Shown here: one piece after another, positions 8,466 through 17,141 of the stretch
Layout: each line of letters starts with the position of its first letter
Numbering within the stretch: position 1 is the first letter of the stretch
Notes under the pieces: generated by a model
The model's database searches: none
Seen by the model: the letters and a program-made list of their open reading frames with translations, nothing else
Told to the model about the DNA's origin: nothing
Made by a program: the position numbers and the translations under genes
Origin: Xanthobacteraceae bacterium
GTDB lineage: Bacteria > Pseudomonadota > Alphaproteobacteria > Rhizobiales > Xanthobacteraceae
Assembly: GCA_030038415.1 (NCBI GenBank)
Contig: JASHOX010000144.1
Coordinates: forward strand, 5,325-69,324
Direction of reading: 5' to 3'
DNA: 64,000 nucleotides

Positions 8466-11400
8466 CTACTCCGCCGCCGCCGCCTTCGCCGCCGCCTGCT
8501 CGCGCACGAATTTGTCGACCGCCAATTGATCGACCTTGCCGGAGCCGAGCATCGGCAATTTGTCGAGGATGACGATTTCGGCCGGGAACATCAGCTCCGA
8601 GGCGTGCTGACTGCGCGCATAGGCAATGAAATCGGCGCGCGTGGCAGAGTGCTTGTCGGTGACCATGATGAGACGCTCGCCCTTGCGGGCATCGGCCACC
8701 GCCGACACCGCGGTGGTGTAATGCGGCCACAGCTCCGCCGCCAGCATCTCGACCGCGGCCAGCGAGATCATTTCGCCACCGACCTTGGCGAAACGCTTGG
8801 CGCGGCCCTTGATGCCGACGAAACCCTGATCGTCGATGGAAACGATATCGCCGGTATCGTGCCAGCCTTCCGGCGGCGGCTCGAGCACGCCCGGCCGGTC
8901 GGCGCGCAGATAGCCGAGCATCACGTTCGGTCCCTTGACGTAAAGCCGCCCGCCGTCCTCGACGCCTTCGACTTTTTCCAGCTTGGCTTCTAGCCCGGGA
9001 AGGAGCCGCCCGACCGTGCCGAACTTGTTGAACATCGGCGTGTTGAGCGCCATGACCGGCGAGCACTCGGTGACGCCGTAGCCTTCGAGAATGCGCAGGC
9101 CGAATTTTTCCAGATAGGTCTGCCGCGTCGACTCCTTCACCGGCTCGGCGCCGGCCAGCACATAACGGAGCGAGCGTAAGTCGTAAGGGTTAGCCATGCG
9201 CGCATAGCCGTTGAGGAACGTATCGGTGCCGAACAAAACCGTCGCGCAGGTGCCGTACACCAGTTCCGGCACGGTGCGGTAATGCAGCGGCGACGGATAG
9301 AGATAGATCGGCACGCCGGAAATCAGCGGCAACACCACGCCGCCGGTGAAGCCGAACGAGTGAAAGATCGGCAGCGCATTGAACAGCTTGTCCTCGCGGC
9401 CGAAGTCGATGCGCGCCGCGCACTGCGCCACGTTGGTCAACAGATTGCGATGCGACAGCACGACGCCCTTGGGCAGCCCTTCGGTGCCGGACGTGAACAG
9501 GATAACCGCCCAGTCGTCGGGCTTGCGCGCGACGAGCGGTTGCTTCCAGCCGAACAGGCCGCGCAGCTTATCGAGCCGACCGATGGTCTGGCGGATGTCC
9601 TCCAGGTAGACGAGGCGCAGCTGTTTTTCGAGCTGCGCCATCAGATGCTCGAAACGGCCCTTCTCAACGAAGGTTCGCGAGGTCAGGAGCGTGTCGACTT
9701 CCGCGGCGCGGCAGGCGGCGAGAATATTGGCGGCGCCGGCGGAAAAATTGATCATGGCCGGCACCCGCCCAGCCGACATCACCGCGAGCGTGGCGACCAC
9801 GCCGGCGTTGGAGGTCGGCAGCATCACGCCGAGCGCGCGGCCTTCGCGCGCCAGCGGCATCAGCTTGCGGCCAAGAATCGCGGTCGCCATCAACAGCCGC
9901 TTATAGGTGAGCTGGCCGCTCACCGGATCTTCGATGGCGAGCCAATGCGGGCCGTGCAGCTTTGCCGCCTCGATCAGCGCGTCGACCACGGTATGGTCGG
10001 TCGGCGTCGTGCGGTAGATCAGGTCGGACATGATGGTGTAGAGCGCGGCGCCCGCGGCCTGCCGGCGCCGGCGGCCCTTGAGTTCCGGGTCGACCACAAA
10101 TTTCACCGGCTCCAGGATGGTGACCGTGAATTTCGGAAACAGCCGGCGGCGCACCTGCGTTCCCTTCAAGCGGCTGAAGAACGTCGCCTCCGGCCCCTCG
10201 ATGCGCACCGGCACCACCATGGCGTCGGACTTGTCGGCGATCATCGCCGCGCCGTCGTAAACCTTCATCAGGCTGCCGGTGACGGTGATGCGGCCTTCGG
10301 GAAAGATCACCAGCATATTGCCGTCGCGTACCGCGTTGATGAGGTCGCGGACCGAGAACGGCCGCAGTGGATCGAGCGCCATGGTGCGGACGAATTTGAG
10401 GAACGGCTGGATCCACCAGTGCTTGGACATCGCGACGTCGATGGCGAAGACCGGGCGCTTCGGCAGGATCGACACTGCCAGCGGCGCATCGAGGAAGCTG
10501 ACGTGATTGAGCGCGATGATGGCGTTGCGGCCGGCCTTGTCGACGTTCTCCAAGCCTTTGACGTCGAGCCGGAAGAAGGCGCGGAACACGATCGAGAGAA
10601 AATCGTTCAGCCAGCCCGCCGGCATGGTCTGCCCGATGGCGACGGCAACGGCGAGATTGACGGCGCCGATAACAGCGAAGAGAAGCGGGGTGCCGAGCCC
10701 CAGCTTTTGCAGGAGCGCCAGCACCGCCGCGCCGATGACCATGAAGGCGGCATTGAGCACGTTGACCGCGGCGACGACGCGGGCACGGCGATCGGTGCCG
10801 GCCCAGACTTGAATCGCGGTGAACACCGGCACGATGAACAGGCCGCCGGCGATCGCCAGGCCGGCAAGGTCGACGGCGATGTGGATCGAGTGCGGCGAGG
10901 CGAAATAGCCGGCGATGCTCAACGGGCTTGCCGCCGGCACGATGCGGGAGGCGGTCCAGCCGAGGTCGAGCGAAAACAGCCCGAGCAGCACGGTCGCCAC
11001 CACTGTCGGCAACAGCACGATGCGCCCGGCGGCGAGCCAGGCGGCGAGCCCGGAGCCGAGACCGACCGACACCGAAAAGATGGTGAGAAACAGCGTGACG
11101 ACCTGTTCGCTGCCGCCAATGTTGAACGAGACGAGCGGCGGCAATAGCGACAGCACCAGCGCGCCGACGAGCCAGAACCAGCTCGCCACGATCGCTCCCC
11201 ACCACAGCCGCGGATCGGCGCGCACCTGGTTGAGGAGCGATGCGGTGGAGATCAGGATGTTGGCGTTGATGCGAAGATCGGGGGCCGCCTCCGCCGTGCG
11301 GGGAATGAGCAGGCTCGAGCACCAGCTCGCCAGCGCCGTCATTATCATCAGCCAGGCGAAATGAATGGGGCTGCTGTTGCCGTTGGCGGCAATGCCGGCA

Positions 11401-11873
11401 ACGATGGTGCCGAGCAGAATGGCAAGGAAGGTGCCGGCTTCGATCAGCGCATTGCCGGAGGGAAGCTCGCGGCGCTCGAGCAGGTCGGGCAGGATGCCGT
11501 ATTTGATCGGACCGAACAGCGAAGCCAGCGTCCCGAACATGAACACCGCGAGGAATAGCAAGGAGAGCGAATGAAACGCGAAGCCGGCGACCGCGACGAC
11601 GGCAGCGCCGATCTCGGTAAGCTTGATGCGCTGCGCGACGAAGGCTTTATCGTAACGGTCGGCGAGTTCCCCGCCGAGCCCGGACAGAAAGAAGAACGGG
11701 GCAATCAGCGTAGCGCCGGCGAGCGTGATCAAGACCGCCGAATTGGCGCCGGAAACCTCGAACAAGATGACGAAGACCAACGCGGTCTTGAGAAAATTAT
11801 CGCCGAAGGCCGCGAAAAACTGGCACCAGAACAAGGGTGCGAAGCGGCGCGTCGTCATCAATGACAAGGACAT
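8466..11873 (-). CDS. aas: Fused lysophospholipid transporter (LplT, MFS) / PlsC acyltransferase / acyl-ACP synthetase (Aas)
   Basis: 1135 aa in three parts:
- About 400 aa of multi-TM MFS (MTTRRFAPLFWCQFFAAFGDNFLK).
- An acyltransferase block (ALNHVSFLDAP...FPEGRITVTG).
- An AMP-binding block (ILFTSGTEGLPKGVVLSHRNL...HDTGDIV...GRAKRFAKVGGEMISL). Confidence 0.9.
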   Translation of the reverse strand: MSLSLMTTRRFAPLFWCQFFAAFGDNFLKTALVFVILFEVSGANSAVLITLAGATLIAPFFFLSGLGGELADRYDKAFVAQRIKLTEIGAAVVAVAGFAFHSLSLLFLAVFMFGTLASLFGPIKYGILPDLLERRELPSGNALIEAGTFLAILLGTIVAGIAANGNSSPIHFAWLMIMTALASWCSSLLIPRTAEAAPDLRINANILISTASLLNQVRADPRLWWGAIVASWFWLVGALVLSLLPPLVSFNIGGSEQVVTLFLTIFSVSVGLGSGLAAWLAAGRIVLLPTVVATVLLGLFSLDLGWTASRIVPAASPLSIAGYFASPHSIHIAVDLAGLAIAGGLFIVPVFTAIQVWAGTDRRARVVAAVNVLNAAFMVIGAAVLALLQKLGLGTPLLFAVIGAVNLAVAVAIGQTMPAGWLNDFLSIVFRAFFRLDVKGLENVDKAGRNAIIALNHVSFLDAPLAVSILPKRPVFAIDVAMSKHWWIQPFLKFVRTMALDPLRPFSVRDLINAVRDGNMLVIFPEGRITVTGSLMKVYDGAAMIADKSDAMVVPVRIEGPEATFFSRLKGTQVRRRLFPKFTVTILEPVKFVVDPELKGRRRRQAAGAALYTIMSDLIYRTTPTDHTVVDALIEAAKLHGPHWLAIEDPVSGQLTYKRLLMATAILGRKLMPLAREGRALGVMLPTSNAGVVATLAVMSAGRVPAMINFSAGAANILAACRAAEVDTLLTSRTFVEKGRFEHLMAQLEKQLRLVYLEDIRQTIGRLDKLRGLFGWKQPLVARKPDDWAVILFTSGTEGLPKGVVLSHRNLLTNVAQCAARIDFGREDKLFNALPIFHSFGFTGGVVLPLISGVPIYLYPSPLHYRTVPELVYGTCATVLFGTDTFLNGYARMANPYDLRSLRYVLAGAEPVKESTRQTYLEKFGLRILEGYGVTECSPVMALNTPMFNKFGTVGRLLPGLEAKLEKVEGVEDGGRLYVKGPNVMLGYLRADRPGVLEPPPEGWHDTGDIVSIDDQGFVGIKGRAKRFAKVGGEMISLAAVEMLAAELWPHYTTAVSAVADARKGERLIMVTDKHSATRADFIAYARSQHASELMFPAEIVILDKLPMLGSGKVDQLAVDKFVREQAAAKAAAAE

Positions 11874-12061
11874 GAGTTTGCTTTTCCGCCGTTCGTCGCC
11901 CCACCGGCCGTTTGCCGTTCGCGTATTGACCGGGCGGCCCGTTACTTTCCCAGTCTAGACGGTGGCCGGCCGATTGGCGACGACACTGGGCCGCATCGTC
12001 GCGGCGCTGTGTCGAAACCAAAAAACCGCAATAAAATCAAGTACGAAGCTACGCCGGCCAG

Positions 12062-14773
12062 CTATCCTAGCGCAGCGGCTGGCAGATCGAGAACCGCGCG
12101 CAGCTTGGCGGCGAGCGAAGATTGCGTCAGCGGCTTTTGGATGAGTTGCACGCCCTCGTCGAGCCGGCCCTGATGCACGATGGCATTGCGCGAATATCCG
12201 GTCATAAACAGGACTTTGAGCTCCGGCCGTTTCGCTACCGCGGCGTTTGCCAATTCACGGCCGTTCGGTCCCGGCAGAATCACGTCGGTCAAAAGCAAAT
12301 CGATTTTGCCCTCACGCTCCAGCACTTGCAGCGCCGAGGCGGCGTCGCATGCCTGCAGCACCGCGTACTTCAGCTCTTCCAGGGTCCCGCAGATGAAGGC
12401 GCGTACGTCGGCGTCGTCCTCGACGACCAGAATGGTTTCCTTGCCGTAGGCGGACGGTGGCGCGGCGCTTTGGACCTGATATTCACCGTCCCTCTTCTTG
12501 TCGTCGCGCGCGCGCGGCAGATAGATCCGGACCGTGGTGCCGTGGCCGGGCTCGCTATAGATTTTCACGTGGCCGCCCGATTGCTTGACGAACCCGTAGA
12601 CCTGGCTCAGCCCGAGACCGGTGCCCTGGCCGGTCTCTTTGGTGGTGAAGAACGGCTCGTAGGCGCGCGTGGCGACTTCCTCGTTCATTCCGACGCCCTC
12701 GTCGGTCACCGCAATGACTACGTATTGACCCGGCCGCACCTCGGCGTTGTCGGCGCAATAGGATTCGTCGAGCAAGACATTGCTCGCCTCGATGGTGAGG
12801 CGGCCGCCTTGCGGCATCGCATCGCGCGCATTGACGGCAAGATTGAGAATGGCGGTTTTCAGCTGCACCGCGTCGGCCTCGACCGTCCAGACACCGCCGG
12901 CGCCCACCACCTCAAGCTGCACCGCTTCGCCGAGCGAGGGCTTGAGGAATGCGGAAAGCTGGCTGAGCAGCCGGTTGACGTCCAAGAGCTTCGGCTCGAG
13001 CGGCTGGCGGCGCGAAAACGCCAGCAGATGGCCGGTCAGGGTCGCCGCGCGGTTGGCGCCGACCAGCGCCATGTCGATGGCGCGGCGCAGGCGCTCTTTG
13101 GCGCCGTCCTGCCAGTTCTCGATGGTTCGCTTGGCGTTGTCGAGATTGCCGATAATGATCGTCAAAAGATTGTTGAAGTCGTGCGCCACGCCGCCGGTGA
13201 GTTGGCCGACCGCGTCCATTTTTTGCGACTGATAAAGTTGCTCGCGCGCCGCCTCCAGGCGCTGCTGCGCTTCGCGCCGCTCGGTGATGTCTCGGGTGAT
13301 CTTGGCGAGACCGATCAGCTTGCCGTTGGAATCCTCGATGCGATCGATGACGACGCTCGCCCAGAAGCGCGTGCCGTCCTTGCGGACCCGCCAACCTTCG
13401 GCTTCGTAGCGGCCTTCATTGATCGCGGTGAGCAGAGCGCGGGTCGGCGCGCCGTCGGCGCGGTCTTCCGGGGTATAAAAGATGGAAAAGTGGCGGCCGA
13501 CAATCTCGCTTTCGCTGTAGCCCTTGATGCGCATGGCCCCGGCATTCCAGTTCGTCACGTTGCCCTGCGGGTCGAGCATGTAGATCGCGTAATCGGTGAC
13601 GCCGTGAACCAGCATTTGAAAGCGCTGCTCGCTTTCGCGGGTCGCGCTCTGCACCAATTGCCGTTCGAGCTCCGTGCGCCGCGCCGCGGCGGCCACCAGC
13701 TCATTCCCGACCTCGTCGAGCTCGCGCACCGGGATGGTCACAGGCGGCATGGCGTCGCCGCGGCCGAGCGCAGAGGCTTGCGCGGCCAGTGTTCGGCTTG
13801 CGCCCGCGAGCCTGCCGCCGAGCCAATAAGCGAGACCGAGCGCGAGGATGGTGAGCGCGGCGCCGAGCGCGCTCAACCGCCACAGCGCCCGGTGCAGCGG
13901 ATTTTGGATGTCGGCATCCGGGACGCCGACCCAGACGAGCCAGCCGGAAAGCTTCGATCGCGCGTAGCCCAGCCGGATCCGATAGCCTTGAACATTTTGC
14001 CCGAGCCAGGTGCCTTGCTCGCCTTTTATTTGGTCGACGAAGCTTTTCGATGCCGGCTTGCCGATCCGTTCGCGAGATTCCTCGGTGCGCGCCATGACCA
14101 CATTGTCGCGATCCAGAATCCCGGCGATCCGGCCGGGAGCGATGTTGGCATCGAGCAGGTCGCCGAGCTGCGCCAGGTCGACGGTCATGTGAAGAAGGTA
14201 GTTGACCGCACCGCTCTCGGTAATGGGCACGCTGATGAGGCAAATGGGATGGCCGGCGACCGCCCCCCCGACGACGTTGCTGACATAGGGCTTGCCGGTC
14301 GAGCCGGCTTCTTCGTCGCCTGGAAATGGATTGCGCGGCAACGGCGTTCCCCACGGCACGCGCGTGTTGGCAAGCTGTTGCCCGGCGCGGCCGCGCAGCG
14401 AAATCTCGACGCCGGCAAGGCCCTTGACCCGCATGGCGCGATCGTAAAATCGCGCATAATCGCGGTTTTCCATGGAGTTCGCGGTCGCCAGGGTCTCCAG
14501 GGTAACGATCTTGCCCTGCAAATCCCGATCGACGCCGAGCGCCAGTCCATGCGCGTCGTTTTCCAGCTGCTGGTCGATGCGGGCGATTTCCGAATCGGCA
14601 TAGCGCCAGAACAGAATGCCGGCAAACGCTCCGACCGGCAGCAAAATGGCGAGCACCATGACAAGGAGATAGCCGCGTACGGACAAGCTACGGCGCGTGC
14701 GGCGGAGCGCCTCCCCCGTCGCGGGGGCCGGGGGAGTGGCGGTCACCATTTCTGTTTGCGGAGCAGCCCCCAA
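12062..14773 (-). CDS. Hybrid sensor histidine kinase/response regulator with periplasmic Cache-like domain and PAS domain
   Basis: 903 aa. Two TM segments flank a periplasmic region of about 270 aa. A PAS block follows (RFQMLVHGVTDYAIYMLDPQGNVTNWNAGAMRIKGY). Then an H-box GGVAHDFNNLL, an HATPase region (GTGLGLSQVYGFVKQSGG) and a C-terminal receiver (ILVVEDDADVR...LLLTDVILPG). Confidence 0.9.
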   Translation of the reverse strand: MGAAPQTEMVTATPPAPATGEALRRTRRSLSVRGYLLVMVLAILLPVGAFAGILFWRYADSEIARIDQQLENDAHGLALGVDRDLQGKIVTLETLATANSMENRDYARFYDRAMRVKGLAGVEISLRGRAGQQLANTRVPWGTPLPRNPFPGDEEAGSTGKPYVSNVVGGAVAGHPICLISVPITESGAVNYLLHMTVDLAQLGDLLDANIAPGRIAGILDRDNVVMARTEESRERIGKPASKSFVDQIKGEQGTWLGQNVQGYRIRLGYARSKLSGWLVWVGVPDADIQNPLHRALWRLSALGAALTILALGLAYWLGGRLAGASRTLAAQASALGRGDAMPPVTIPVRELDEVGNELVAAAARRTELERQLVQSATRESEQRFQMLVHGVTDYAIYMLDPQGNVTNWNAGAMRIKGYSESEIVGRHFSIFYTPEDRADGAPTRALLTAINEGRYEAEGWRVRKDGTRFWASVVIDRIEDSNGKLIGLAKITRDITERREAQQRLEAAREQLYQSQKMDAVGQLTGGVAHDFNNLLTIIIGNLDNAKRTIENWQDGAKERLRRAIDMALVGANRAATLTGHLLAFSRRQPLEPKLLDVNRLLSQLSAFLKPSLGEAVQLEVVGAGGVWTVEADAVQLKTAILNLAVNARDAMPQGGRLTIEASNVLLDESYCADNAEVRPGQYVVIAVTDEGVGMNEEVATRAYEPFFTTKETGQGTGLGLSQVYGFVKQSGGHVKIYSEPGHGTTVRIYLPRARDDKKRDGEYQVQSAAPPSAYGKETILVVEDDADVRAFICGTLEELKYAVLQACDAASALQVLEREGKIDLLLTDVILPGPNGRELANAAVAKRPELKVLFMTGYSRNAIVHQGRLDEGVQLIQKPLTQSSLAAKLRAVLDLPAAALG

Positions 14774-14791
14774 GGCGATCGACGCTAATCG

Positions 14792-15337
14792 TCAAAATCC
14801 CGGCGCCCGCTCGACCTGATCGTACCAGTCGAAGCCCATGTCTTTGACGATGCGGTTGCTCATGACGATGATGCGGCACTCCGCGCCGGGCCTGGCGAAG
14901 TGCTGATGCATGGTGAACGGCGGGATATAGACATAGTCGCCGACGGTCCATTCGAATTTCTTCGGCTCGGCGGCCCATTCCCATTCGAAGGCTTCGAGGC
15001 AGTCCCATTTCAGATCCCAGTGCAGATCGTAGCCCGAGCCCTCGACTACGAAGAACAGCTCCTCCCACATGTGGCGGTGCTTGCCGGAGCGCTCGCCATC
15101 CTTGAGGAACTGCATATAGGCTTCAATGCAGCACTCGCGTGTCTGCATTTTCTGGTTGACCAAGTGCTTGATCAGGCCGTCGGGCGAGCGCTCCCAGGGC
15201 ATGTCCTTGGCCTTGATGACGTTGGGCAGCGTCGCGTAGTGCTCGCGGAATTTCTCCGACTCGACCATGGCCTCGGCGAGGAAAGCCGCGGAATTGTCGC
15301 CGGACAGCGCCGCCGCCTTGTCTTCGAATAAAGGCAT
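14792..15337 (-). CDS. Cupin-domain protein (gentisate-dioxygenase-like monocupin, second of a pair)
   Basis: Cupin metal motif GKHRHMWEELFFVVEGSG...GDYVYIPPFTMHQHF. The start is placed at the internal ATG (MPLFEDK), which is preceded by a GAGAGGAGA Shine-Dalgarno sequence. The stop lies 19 nt upstream of the kinase start. Confidence 0.7.
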   Translation of the reverse strand: MPLFEDKAAALSGDNSAAFLAEAMVESEKFREHYATLPNVIKAKDMPWERSPDGLIKHLVNQKMQTRECCIEAYMQFLKDGERSGKHRHMWEELFFVVEGSGYDLHWDLKWDCLEAFEWEWAAEPKKFEWTVGDYVYIPPFTMHQHFARPGAECRIIVMSNRIVKDMGFDWYDQVERAPGF

Positions 15338-15351
15338 TCTCCTCTCCGCGC

Positions 15352-15954
15352 TCAGATTTCCGTCGGCGGATGGAATTCCGTCACGCCGGGCGGCAGCTTG
15401 TCGGTCGGCCACTCGACCATCTTCTGGAACAACAAGTGCATGAACAGAAACAGCGGCTTGGCCTTGAACACCAGGAGGATGCAGGATTCCTTTTCGTCGT
15501 CGTTAAAATGCTGGTGCACGCAGCCGTTCTCGACCAGCATCACGTCGCCGGCCTCCCATTTCATGTAGCGGCCGTCGTGGACGTCATGGCCGTGGCCCTT
15601 GAGCACGTAGAACACCGCGCTGTTGAGGTGGCCGTGCTTCTGCCCGGCATTGAGCGGCGCATAGCATTCGATATGCGACTCGATCGATTGCACGATGTTG
15701 ACCGCCTGCGGCGAGATGATGTGCTTGCCGTACATCGCAGGTCCCCCCTTCCAGGGATGGTCCTTGGAGGAATAGACCCGCGGCTCTTCCAGAAGCTTCT
15801 TGTAGAGGTGGCTATAGGTGCCTTCCAGCGCGCGCACGAAAGTGCGCTTCTTCGCCCAGCGGTCCCATTTGCCGTGTTTGATCTCGTCGGCGTCTTCCGG
15901 GGAGGGCTTGTTGTGGCCGAGTCCAGGCGTTTCGTGTTCCAGCATTCCGGTCAT
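15352..15954 (-). CDS. Cupin-domain protein (gentisate-dioxygenase-like monocupin, first of a pair)
   Basis: Cupin motif GQKHGHLNSAVFYVLKGHGHDVHDGRYMKWEAGDVMLVENGCVHQHFN. Separated by 14 nt from the next cupin gene. Confidence 0.7.
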   Translation of the reverse strand: MTGMLEHETPGLGHNKPSPEDADEIKHGKWDRWAKKRTFVRALEGTYSHLYKKLLEEPRVYSSKDHPWKGGPAMYGKHIISPQAVNIVQSIESHIECYAPLNAGQKHGHLNSAVFYVLKGHGHDVHDGRYMKWEAGDVMLVENGCVHQHFNDDEKESCILLVFKAKPLFLFMHLLFQKMVEWPTDKLPPGVTEFHPPTEI

Positions 15955-16070
15955 TAGTCACTCCTGAGCGTCGGTCATTACGAAATTTCCGCCATGCGCG
16001 CAATGTCGCAACGGCCTGCGGCCACGTTGGTGGCGCGGATCGGACACGCTAGGATCGCGGCAATCTCAAA

Positions 16071-17141
16071 ATGGGGGGAAGCGCGATGACGGTAAGCGCA
16101 ACATTAACGATCGGCCGGCTTGGCACCGCCATCGTGGCCTTTGCGGCATTTGCGGCGCTGGCTATTCCGGGCGCGAGGGCGCAGAGCGCCGCGGAGTTCT
16201 ATACGGGAAAATCGATCGATCTCGAGATCGGCTACAGCGTCGGCGGCGGCTACGACCTTTACGCGCGGCTGCTCGCGCGGCATCTCGGCGATCATATTCC
16301 CGGCCATCCGACCATCGTGCCGAAGAACATGGAAGGCGCCGCCAGCCTGCGGCTCGCCAATTACCTTTATGCCGCTGCCCCGCGCGACGGCACCGTGATC
16401 GGCGCCGTCAGCCGCGGCGCCGCCTTCGATCCGTTGCTTGACGAGAAAGGCGCGCAATTCGATGCCTCGAAGTTTTCCTGGATTGGCAGCGCCAATAACG
16501 AAGTCAGCGTCTGCATCGCGCTGCAATCGTCGGGCATCACGAGCTTCGATGACGTGCTGACCAAGCAATTGACCATCGGTTCGACCGGCGTCGGCGACGA
16601 CACCTATCAGTTCCCGGCACTGATGAACGCGGAGCTCGGCACCAAGTTCAAGATCGTCACCGGCTATCCCGGCGGCAACGACATCACGCTGGCGCTGGAA
16701 CGCGGCGAGGTGCAAGGTCGCTGCGGCTGGTCGTGGTCGAGTATCGTGGCGACGCGCAAAGACTGGATCACGAGCAAGAAAATTATCGTGCTGGTGCAGA
16801 TGTCGCTGTCCAAGCATCCGGATTTGCCGGACGTGCCGCTGATCATGGATCTGGCCAAGACCACCGAGCAGCGCCAGATTTTCAAGCTGATCTTCGCGCG
16901 GCAGGTCATGGGTCGGCCGTTTACGGCGCCGCCCGGCGTGCCCGCCGACCGCGTCGCGGCGCTGCGTCAGGCCTTTGCCGACACGATGAAGGACAAGTCG
17001 TTCCTCGACGACGCGGCCAAGGGCAAATTCGAGATCAATCCCGTCGGCGGCGAGGAGCTCGATGCGCTGGTCAAGGAAATCTACCAGACGCCGCCGCAGG
17101 TGACCAAAAAAGCCGCCGCGATCTTGGGCAGTAAATCATAA
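16071..17141 (+). CDS. Tripartite tricarboxylate transporter (TTT) substrate-binding protein, TctC/Bug family, paralog 1
   Basis: Signal peptide (AFAAFAALAIPGARAQ). Bug-like core LEIGYSVGGGYDLYARLLARHLG...PKNMEGAASL. Adjacent to the TctA-like gene. An alternative start lies at 16086. Confidence 0.75.
   Translation: MGGSAMTVSATLTIGRLGTAIVAFAAFAALAIPGARAQSAAEFYTGKSIDLEIGYSVGGGYDLYARLLARHLGDHIPGHPTIVPKNMEGAASLRLANYLYAAAPRDGTVIGAVSRGAAFDPLLDEKGAQFDASKFSWIGSANNEVSVCIALQSSGITSFDDVLTKQLTIGSTGVGDDTYQFPALMNAELGTKFKIVTGYPGGNDITLALERGEVQGRCGWSWSSIVATRKDWITSKKIIVLVQMSLSKHPDLPDVPLIMDLAKTTEQRQIFKLIFARQVMGRPFTAPPGVPADRVAALRQAFADTMKDKSFLDDAAKGKFEINPVGGEELDALVKEIYQTPPQVTKKAAAILGSKS

Noticed and set aside
9282-11322. 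621-aa plus-strand ORF and 473-aa alternative-frame minus ORF inside the aas gene
   Set aside because: Both overlap the 1135-aa LplT-PlsC-Aas ORF, which has clear motifs. The overlapping ORFs are Arg/Gly/Asp-rich with no domain pattern.
12122-14788. 888-aa plus-strand ORF
   Set aside because: Exactly antisense to the hybrid histidine kinase, which has H-box, HATPase, PAS and receiver motifs. This is a shadow ORF.
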